A stretch of 13,790 nt of DNA from the NCBI GenBank assembly GCA_038257035.1, contig JBBSJT010000065.1:1-13790 (forward strand), read 5' to 3'. This document shows, piece by piece, positions 6,795 through 13,790 of this stretch. How positions within the stretch are numbered: the first letter of the stretch is position 1; each line of letters starts with the position of its first letter. The notes under the pieces are model-generated. The model saw nothing but the letters and a program-made list of their open reading frames with translations. It searched no databases and was not told the DNA's origin. Source of the stretch: Chlamydiia bacterium (lineage in GTDB: Bacteria > Chlamydiota > Chlamydiia > Chlamydiales > Parachlamydiaceae). The translations under genes were made by a program, and so were the position numbers.

Positions 6795-7526
6795 TTACTT
6801 GATGTTGAGGGGTTTTTTGCCGTAGATGATGGTTGCAATGCCGCCGGCAAGTTTTTTTTGACTGGTTTGAGTAAAGCCCGATTCTTTTAATAGCGCTTCA
6901 ATATCTGCAGGCTTAACAAACGCATGGATACTGTTGCATAGGTATTCGTAAGCTTGTTTATTGGAGCCAAATATACGTCCCATGATTGGAAGGACCATTT
7001 TAAGATACGCTTTGTGGCCGAGCTGTAAAAAGCGATTTGTTGGGCGAGTAAGTTCCAGGATGCCAAAAGTGCCGCCCGGTTTTAAAACTCTAAACACTTC
7101 ATCGATGCAATTTTTTGGTTCTTTGATGTTTCTTATACCATAAGCAACAGTTGCTGATTGGACCGTTTCAGCATTTAGCGGAATCAATTCAGCATTTGCT
7201 TGAATATATGAAATTTGATGGTTGTTAAAAGTTGACTTCAAAGCTTTTTGACGAGCACATTCAAGCATCTCTTCGCAAAAGTCAAGCATGTAAATTTTTT
7301 TAGGCAGTTTAGACTTTTTCAAATAAGTAAAAGCAATTTCCCCGGTTCCACAACATAGGTCAAGCAAGCTTTCAGGGTTATGGGCGTCAGTCACCTGATG
7401 TATGAGCTGACTATTCCAATAACGGTGCATTTGAAAAGATAGAATCGCATTGGTTCTATCATACTTTTTTGCAATGCTGCCGAACATGTTTTGAATCGAT
7501 TCAGGGTCATCTTTTCTGTAAGTCAA
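6795..7526 (-). CDS. ubiE: UbiE/MenG demethylmenaquinone C-methyltransferase
   Basis: MFGSIAKKYDRTNAILSFQMHRYW, SAM motif LLDLCCGTGEI, YGIRN, EVFRVLKPGG..ILE, AYEYL..SI; TTG start. Confidence 0.93.
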   Translation of the reverse strand: MTYRKDDPESIQNMFGSIAKKYDRTNAILSFQMHRYWNSQLIHQVTDAHNPESLLDLCCGTGEIAFTYLKKSKLPKKIYMLDFCEEMLECARQKALKSTFNNHQISYIQANAELIPLNAETVQSATVAYGIRNIKEPKNCIDEVFRVLKPGGTFGILELTRPTNRFLQLGHKAYLKMVLPIMGRIFGSNKQAYEYLCNSIHAFVKPADIEALLKESGFTQTSQKKLAGGIATIIYGKKPLNIK

Positions 7527-7540
7527 TGTTGTGCCTTTGG

Positions 7541-7777
7541 TTACATCTTTGGGTCTGTATCCGATTTATCTTCTTCGCAATCTGATTTATCTTTTTCACA
7601 AAGACCACACGATGTTTTATCACCGCATGAATCATCTTTGTTTTTATTCGGTAGTCTTCCACAAGCTCCTGGTTTGATCTTTGACTTACCCGTAATAAGC
7701 CAGCCAACCCCAAGCAGTGCCAAGGCAATAGCAATCAATACAAAAGCTATAGTTAATGTAAGAATTAAATTATCCAT
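7541..7777 (-). CDS. Small single-TM Cys-rich protein, NqrM (DUF539)-like
   Basis: Likely start at ATG 7777, overlapping the upstream stop. N-terminal TM helix then KSKIKPGACGR...C..TSCGLC...C; resembles the NqrM layout TM + IKGSCGG + Cys cluster. Confidence 0.55.
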   Translation of the reverse strand: MDNLILTLTIAFVLIAIALALLGVGWLITGKSKIKPGACGRLPNKNKDDSCGDKTSCGLCEKDKSDCEEDKSDTDPKM

Positions 7778-9797
7778 GAGTTTCATCATCCTCTAATTCT
7801 GTAAAATCATCGTCTTCATCATCTTCATCAAAATCATCTTCAAAATCATCACCAAGAAAATCATTTTTGCTGATTGGTTTTAGAACCGCAGGTTTTTTAT
7901 CAGGTTTTTTGAGAACAAGAGGAATATAATCGACCCAGATAGGTGAACTCCATGCCATATGTCCATCTGCTTGTGTAACACGTAAATAGTAATAAGCAAA
8001 GGGAGGTTTTTTGTCTTTAGCATCAATAACAGCTTTATCAAGCGGAGAAAGATCGTCAAAAGTGAAATTCATGTTATATTCGTGACACTCAAAAGTTTTG
8101 ATGACCTTGCCGTTTCGAATAATCTCAACTTGTTTTAGAGCGGCAGTTCCTGCTACATATCCTGACAAATGGCGATTGACAATAAGCCCTTGTTTAGTTG
8201 CAGTACTGGTTTCTGAACCCATAGGAAGTCCTGCTAAATATAGACCCACAATAATCCGCTCACCGGTTGTTGCGTAGCATGAGCGATTATATAAAGCCTC
8301 GATCATAGAGGAACGTGAATGCTCTGCTGAAATAATACCTGTCATTCCCGGAGAATATTGAACTTGGTCGCCTTCAAAGAAATCAGAATAAATACCACGG
8401 TCATCAAGACCACCGGCAACAAACCCAAAACGGCAATTGCGTAGCAGTGCTTTTTGAATAGAGCCCTCTTGAGCTTCCCCAATTCCATTTTTATTGCCAC
8501 CCGTAATCGGTCTTGTGTTCCCTTCTTTTTTGGTGCATTCAGATGATCCCCAAGCATTGTAAATTTCTACAACTCGTTCAAAATCAGGCTCATAAGCTTT
8601 AAAGTCAAAATCAAACCCTTTACCCATAGTAAATGTCGGAATTGAGATTATCTCTTTTGGTGTAAATGACTTATAGATTTTTGAAAGGCTGCTATATTTT
8701 GGATCTTTTCTACGAAGAAGAGTTTTATTGTCTTTTGCGTAAATAAATTGTCTGGTTCCTTCTTTTGTGGCCTCGCCAGGATACTGAAATCCAACCAATG
8801 TAGTGAAGCGATCAGCTTCATCAAATTCCGCTAAATTTTGCGTGATTAACTTCCAAATTTCATTGGGGGTTTCTTCTTGAGATTCAAAAGATGAAGAGGA
8901 GTAAAAATTCAATGCACGTTCATCACGGAAGTGGCGCAAGCAGCTTTCAATGTTTTCTGTAGAATCAATTCTTTCAGATTCGCCGTGAAGCAAGCCCCAA
9001 AAAAGATGTTTTGTATTATCCGCAAAGCATTTTACAGGAGGGGATTTGAATACTTTTTTTGTAAATAAATTTTCCAGGCAAATGGTATAAATGCCGGCTT
9101 CATTAAAATAGAGATTTGGTAACGATATAAATCCTGTTTCCGGAACAAATAATTTCCATTTAAGGTTTTCTCTTAAATTTTCATATGATAATTCAATTAA
9201 GGTATCTTCGTGGGCTTCATTTGTTAAATTACCATATTGATCTTCAAAACGGACGATCACATCAAAGCGCTTATTTCTTGCAACAAAGGAGGGGGTTAAA
9301 ACGCGAATATTGCTTAATTCTGCACCTTTGACATCCATAAAAAAGACTTCAGGCTCATCGTAGCGTCCTTTTCCGGTAGCATCAATGTAAAGATGAAACA
9401 AGCGTCTTCGTTGCGTATTTGTTTGAGTTCTTGTTCCGTTAGTTCTAAAGCTGCTTTTTTCTTCTTTTGGCGATCCAACAACAACTGTAAAATTGCTTCC
9501 TAAAGGAAGCTCAACCGGAGTTATAAATTCAAAAGAGGGATTTACTGCATTTGGCGTTTCAATTTCTTTAGCTTGTAAAACTTTACCATTATCGAGTTTG
9601 GCAAATATAACGTTTTTTGTTTTTTTGAGATTACTTGTTGGAAATTCCCAGTCCAAATCACGACCGTTGCTCATCAGGTCGAACTTCATTTTTGTACCTT
9701 TTGGCAAGGCTACAGAAGTAGTGTAAATAAACATCCAAGTGTTTGTTTCACCGGCGATGGCTTGACTTGGTTCGCAGTAGCATATTGATCTTCGCAT
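7770..9797 (-). CDS. DUF3604-family / PHP-like conserved chlamydial protein with acidic tail
   Basis: 675 aa; FEDQYGN, LFWGLLHGES, VVEIYNAWGSSE, FGFVAGGLD, EALYNRSCYATTGERI, YYYLRVTQADGHMAWSSPIWV are typical DUF3604 blocks (recalled pattern, not searched); D/E-rich C-terminus. Confidence 0.8.
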   Translation of the reverse strand: MRRSICYCEPSQAIAGETNTWMFIYTTSVALPKGTKMKFDLMSNGRDLDWEFPTSNLKKTKNVIFAKLDNGKVLQAKEIETPNAVNPSFEFITPVELPLGSNFTVVVGSPKEEKSSFRTNGTRTQTNTQRRRLFHLYIDATGKGRYDEPEVFFMDVKGAELSNIRVLTPSFVARNKRFDVIVRFEDQYGNLTNEAHEDTLIELSYENLRENLKWKLFVPETGFISLPNLYFNEAGIYTICLENLFTKKVFKSPPVKCFADNTKHLFWGLLHGESERIDSTENIESCLRHFRDERALNFYSSSSFESQEETPNEIWKLITQNLAEFDEADRFTTLVGFQYPGEATKEGTRQFIYAKDNKTLLRRKDPKYSSLSKIYKSFTPKEIISIPTFTMGKGFDFDFKAYEPDFERVVEIYNAWGSSECTKKEGNTRPITGGNKNGIGEAQEGSIQKALLRNCRFGFVAGGLDDRGIYSDFFEGDQVQYSPGMTGIISAEHSRSSMIEALYNRSCYATTGERIIVGLYLAGLPMGSETSTATKQGLIVNRHLSGYVAGTAALKQVEIIRNGKVIKTFECHEYNMNFTFDDLSPLDKAVIDAKDKKPPFAYYYLRVTQADGHMAWSSPIWVDYIPLVLKKPDKKPAVLKPISKNDFLGDDFEDDFDEDDEDDDFTELEDDETHG

Positions 9798-9974
9798 GGT
9801 AGTTACCTTATTTTTACAGAACGAGTTTTTTCATTTTGCATAACGACCTATTCTTTTTCAAGTTAAATTGTTTCTTTGACATCATATTTATTTCTCCCAA
9901 AAAAAAATTACCATCTAAGTCTAGATTTTTAAACCGCGAAACAGTGCTGATACTTAAGAAAAAAAAACTGTTAT

Positions 9975-11153
9975 TTATGTTGTTGTTTGGTCGACAGGTT
10001 GGTCTTCAATGGTCCAACCACCAATTTCACCATCAGCCCCCAATGCAAAAAAATGGGTAAAATCGAAGACCTGTGGTCGTTTCTCTTTAAATTTAATATC
10101 ATATATTACACCATTATTATTAGCTGTCGATTCAAGATACCATTTTTGTTCAAAGTATCTCCATACGGCAATGTGACCTGTATTATCTGTAGAATAGAAA
10201 AAAGGTGATAGAGGGTTTGCAAGCAGTGAAGTTATTGTAAAATTATGATAATTAAGGGTTTGAACACATTCATAAAGTTTTTTTAGATTGTTAGACCAGA
10301 TTTTAATGGTTTTATCGATAGATCCGCTAATTAAACAATTCGTTCTTTTTTGCATTTTTAATACGGTAATTGCCGATTGATGACATTTAAGGGTTTGACT
10401 TAAAAAAGACTCACCATTGTTTATCATTTCCCAAATGCGAATCGTGCCGTCTCTTGATCCTGAACAAATTTGATGGGAAAAGGGATTTTCTTTATTAATT
10501 TTTAAGCAAGTGATTGCCTCATCATCTGCTTTTAATTCTGTAATAAATTTTAATGAATAGATTTGATTAAATTCTAATTTCCAAACTTTAATAGAGCCGT
10601 CCTCACAACCTGTGAAAAGCCTGTCTTTAATAAGCTCCATGCAAGAAATACCTCTTGAATGGATTTTCTTCTCAAATAAACAATCCTCATCAACGTTATT
10701 ATTCCATATTTTAACATAACCGTCCGACGCACATGTAATAATGTAAATCGGGTCTAAGAAGCCATGAATAATTATTTGATTAATAGAACCTGTGTGAGTA
10801 CTTTTTTTTAAAATGGGGAACGTATTATCAGGTTTAAATAAATAAAGTATATTATTTTTTGCACAATGAAATCCGGCACTTGATTGGTTCAAAGAATTAT
10901 AAAATGAACCCTTAAAGTTTGAATAAAAATGTTGTTTCCAACTAATTTCAGGCAATTTTACATAATCAGGCCAGCATTTCATTGCATAGCGTTTCCAAAT
11001 TATGTCATAGTTGCTATGTTCTTGCCATAATTTACACACTCTTCCTATCGTAATCCAATCCTTATGAGTTAAAACTGATGAGATTTCAAAAAAGATATCT
11101 TTCGGTAAATAGGCATCAAGGTTATTCTGTCTCAAGATGATATTGCTATTCAT
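9975..11153 (-). CDS. F-box + WD40 repeat protein (eukaryote-like effector candidate)
   Basis: YLPKDIFFEISSVL...IGRVCKLWQEHSNYDIIWK is an F-box. About six WD40 repeats (SDGYVKIWN, EDGSIKVWK, SRDGTIRIWE, SIDKTIKIWS, NTGHIAVWR, ADGEIGGWT). ATG 11153 with upstream AGAGGG is preferred over GTG 11204, which would overlap the ATPase. Confidence 0.88.
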   Translation of the reverse strand: MNSNIILRQNNLDAYLPKDIFFEISSVLTHKDWITIGRVCKLWQEHSNYDIIWKRYAMKCWPDYVKLPEISWKQHFYSNFKGSFYNSLNQSSAGFHCAKNNILYLFKPDNTFPILKKSTHTGSINQIIIHGFLDPIYIITCASDGYVKIWNNNVDEDCLFEKKIHSRGISCMELIKDRLFTGCEDGSIKVWKLEFNQIYSLKFITELKADDEAITCLKINKENPFSHQICSGSRDGTIRIWEMINNGESFLSQTLKCHQSAITVLKMQKRTNCLISGSIDKTIKIWSNNLKKLYECVQTLNYHNFTITSLLANPLSPFFYSTDNTGHIAVWRYFEQKWYLESTANNNGVIYDIKFKEKRPQVFDFTHFFALGADGEIGGWTIEDQPVDQTTT

Positions 11154-11192
11154 AATGGAATTGCCCTCTGTAGTCACATATATAGGATACGA

Positions 11193-13580
11193 ATGGTTTT
11201 GCACCAGACTAAAAAAAATTGCACTTTATGCAGCTCTGTAATATTTAAAAATCTGATTGTTGAGGAAGAAAATTCTTTTTGCTGTCATGGTTGTCATGCT
11301 GTCTGGCAAATTCTTAAAGCAAAAAATCATTTAGATCAATTCGAAAAACATCCTATTTACGTTCAAGCAGTTAAGTCGGGACTCATAACAAATCCCGATC
11401 TTCTTGAACAAATTGAATCCAAATTTTGTAAAGCAGGGGATTCTGAAGAAAAATTCCATCTTGAAATTGGCAATATGTGGTGTCCATCTTGTGCTGAAGT
11501 CATCAACCTAATTTTGCTGCGTGAAAAAGGTGTGATCAGTTGTTTTATCGATTATACAACCGATTTTGGCATTATCGAATTTTCAAAACTTTTAATTTCA
11601 AAAGATAGAATTATAAAAATTATTGAAAATATCGGTTACAGACCGGTTTTACTCGAAGATTCAGAAAATAAACCCTTAGGTCTAGCCCTTAACTTAAAAT
11701 TTATCGTGGCAGCATTTTGTTCTTTAAACATCATGATGTTTTCCTACCCGCTTTATGCCTCCTATTTTGATTATGATCCCTTGGAGTATGGAAAACTTTT
11801 TGCAATTCTCTCATTTTTCATGTCCATCCCAATTGTTACTTATTGTTTTTGGCCGATTTTAAAGAAGTTTTATAGCGCCATTCTATATGGCATTTATGGA
11901 ATGGAAACGCTTGTTGTTTTTGGTGTCGCCTCTTCATTTATGTTATCAATCTACGAACTCATTACAGATGGCACTAAAGTTTATTTTGATTCAATGGCTG
12001 TTATCATCACATTTATGTTGCTTGGTAAAATATTAGAATCAAAAGCAAAATTTTCAGCAAAAAATTCACTTTTACGTCTGCATGCATCAGTACCAAGACG
12101 CGTCAGAAAATGTTTTGAAGATGGAAAGCTGGAATTTGTTCCGATTAAGGAAATTAAAAAAAATGATCTTTTTGCGCTATTCCAAGGAGAAAAGGTAGCG
12201 CTTGATGGCATTGTGGAATCAGGGAGCGGCTATTTAGATGAATCACTAATGACAGGTGAGTCTAATCCTGTTTTAAAAGAAAAGAATTCTAAGGTAGTTG
12301 GGGGTTCTATTTTACAAAATGGCAGGTTAACCATACGAGCCGTATCGACAGATCAGGAATCTGCCCTAAAACGCATTATTGATTTAGTTGAAGCGGGATT
12401 AAAATCCAAACCAAAATCTCGGCAATTGGTGGATATAATTGTTGCTTGGTTTGTGCCTCTTGTTTTATGCATTGCCACACTAACCGCTGTTTATTTCTTT
12501 TTACAAGGAGATACCGAAACAGCCTTCATTAATGCTTTATCGGTAATTTTAATTTCCTGCCCTTGTGCAATCGGCATTGCGGCGCCTCTTGCAGAATCCT
12601 ATTTGATGAATGCACTTGGAACCTCTAATGCTATTGTTAGGAATCGGGCGGTTTTACCATTTTTAGGCAAAGAAACGGTTTTTGTTTTCGATAAAACAGG
12701 CACCATTACTACAGGTAATTTTAGAATCATTAAAGGCTTTGAAAAATTAACGACTCATGAATGTGCCCTATTAAAATCGATGACAAGCCAATCTCAACAT
12801 CTAATTTCTTTGAGTATTGCAAAATGCATTCAAGAAACAGCCTTTGCTTTAGAAAAATTGGAAGAAATTCCAGGACGCGGCTTGAGGGCTGTTTTTGGTT
12901 CGGATATTTATCATCTAGGATCTTTCGAATTTCTAAAGCTTGAAGGTGTGAGTTTTGAAGAGATGGAAGAAGATAACACTTCAAACGATCATAATATTGT
13001 TTCTTCCAAAGTTTATTTTGCTAAGAACTATAAGCTAAAAACAATTTTTCACTTAGGTGACACGATCCGTGAAGGTGTAAAAGAGCTTATAGCATCATTA
13101 AAGCCGCTTAAGACAATTCTTTTATCAGGAGATGCAACAAATGCAGTTTCTTTGGTAGCAGATGCTATTAAATTTGATGCCTATCATGCCGGCTTTACCC
13201 CTTTAAGAAAAAAAGAATTTATAACTTCCTTAAAAGCCGAAGGCCATATTGTTTGTATGGTGGGAGATGGTATCAATGATGCGCCGGCACTTACCGAGGC
13301 ACAGATCGGCATTTCGGTTGTTACGGCAACAGACATTTCTATTCAAGTCTCTGATATTTTGCTAACGACGAACGATTTACGCACATTGCTAAAGATAAAA
13401 AACCTAGGGTCTTTTGGACATTCCATTTTAAAGCAAAACTTATTTTGGGCCTTCTTCTATAATATTGTGGGTCTTGCGCTGGCCGTTTTTGGTTTGCTAT
13501 CTCCGATCTTTGCAACCTTTGCCATGATGATAAGCAGTCTAATAGTCCTCTACAACGCCAAGCGCATTACCAGAACTTAA
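11193..13580 (+). CDS. Heavy-metal (probably Cu+) P1B-type ATPase, FixI/CcoI-like
   Basis: N-terminal CTLC...FCCHGC domain, HMA GNMWCPSC, TGES, SCPCAIG, DKTGT, LLSGD, GDGINDAPAL, YN and MMISS Cu-type TM motifs. Confidence 0.92.
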   Translation: MVLHQTKKNCTLCSSVIFKNLIVEEENSFCCHGCHAVWQILKAKNHLDQFEKHPIYVQAVKSGLITNPDLLEQIESKFCKAGDSEEKFHLEIGNMWCPSCAEVINLILLREKGVISCFIDYTTDFGIIEFSKLLISKDRIIKIIENIGYRPVLLEDSENKPLGLALNLKFIVAAFCSLNIMMFSYPLYASYFDYDPLEYGKLFAILSFFMSIPIVTYCFWPILKKFYSAILYGIYGMETLVVFGVASSFMLSIYELITDGTKVYFDSMAVIITFMLLGKILESKAKFSAKNSLLRLHASVPRRVRKCFEDGKLEFVPIKEIKKNDLFALFQGEKVALDGIVESGSGYLDESLMTGESNPVLKEKNSKVVGGSILQNGRLTIRAVSTDQESALKRIIDLVEAGLKSKPKSRQLVDIIVAWFVPLVLCIATLTAVYFFLQGDTETAFINALSVILISCPCAIGIAAPLAESYLMNALGTSNAIVRNRAVLPFLGKETVFVFDKTGTITTGNFRIIKGFEKLTTHECALLKSMTSQSQHLISLSIAKCIQETAFALEKLEEIPGRGLRAVFGSDIYHLGSFEFLKLEGVSFEEMEEDNTSNDHNIVSSKVYFAKNYKLKTIFHLGDTIREGVKELIASLKPLKTILLSGDATNAVSLVADAIKFDAYHAGFTPLRKKEFITSLKAEGHIVCMVGDGINDAPALTEAQIGISVVTATDISIQVSDILLTTNDLRTLLKIKNLGSFGHSILKQNLFWAFFYNIVGLALAVFGLLSPIFATFAMMISSLIVLYNAKRITRT

Positions 13581-13618
13581 TATAAGTCCTTAATTGGAGA
13601 TTCGCTTATTAGAGTTTC

Positions 13619-13790
13619 GAAAATTTGCTAATTTGGAGTGCGGAGACCTGGCCTTACAGTCGGACACATCTTTTTCTTGACATTTGATTTCCCATATAAC
13701 CTCTTAAGTAGTATAAGTTTGCAATTTATCACTTAGGAGGCTATCATGACATGTTCTCAGAATTTCTCATTGAACAATTCTTCATCAGAT
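13619..13790 (+). mobile_element. Right copy of the 172-bp repeat; probable IS-like element end plus conserved target flank
   Basis: Reverse complement of 1-172 with 3 mismatches, all within 13648-13651; starts 38 nt after the ATPase stop. Confidence 0.65.
13746..13790 (+). CDS. 5' fragment (MTCSQNFSLNNSSSD...) of multicopy ORF, truncated by the window end; possibly a transposase
   Basis: GGAGG at 13736-13740, ATG at 13746, open to the end; identical to 45-1. Confidence 0.45.
   Translation, partial: MTCSQNFSLNNSSSD

Noticed and set aside
373..12984. Other short ORFs in the track (e.g. 373-618, 1150-1485, 2263-2448, 2473-2685, 4626-4868, 7491-7796, 7507-7734, 9836-10060, 11981-12211, 12730-12984)
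   Set aside because: They are shadow or alternate-frame ORFs of better-supported genes, or span intergenic repeats, and carry no motifs.
13677..13716. Promoter in the element end (TTGACA at 13677-13682)
   Set aside because: The candidate -10 hexamers are at non-canonical spacing (TATAAC only 12 nt away), so no promoter is called.
13638..13790. GTGCG resembling a group II intron 5' end
   Set aside because: Only ~108 nt to the ATG, too short for domains I-III. The motif also lies in the flank outside the variable junction and recurs alone at 2514.

Overview
AT-rich bacterial window that looks like an environmental chlamydia (Chlamydiota, Parachlamydiales-like). This is an inference from gene content, not a database hit. 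Core genes are a DUF1858-HesB/IscA fusion, a [2Fe-2S] ferredoxin, lgt, tRNA-Pro(UGG), a ubiE/menG methyltransferase, an NqrM-like small Cys protein, a DUF3604-like protein and a FixI/CcoI-like P1B ATPase. They are interleaved with five candidate host-directed effectors: an Inc-like membrane protein, F-box, F-box+LRR-like, 2-TM+C-terminal F-box-like, and F-box+WD40. The window is bracketed by a 172-bp inverted repeat (1-172 / 13619-13790, 3 mismatches, all within one 4-nt block). It resolves into a 29-bp conserved REP-like half-site, a 4-nt variable junction, and 139 identical bp carrying an RBS-sequestering hairpin and an outward-reading ORF start. This suggests a repeat-targeting IS-like element at both contig ends. 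Two other non-coding palindromic repeat systems lie at 3485-3764 (plus 2565-2590) and 6531-6740.
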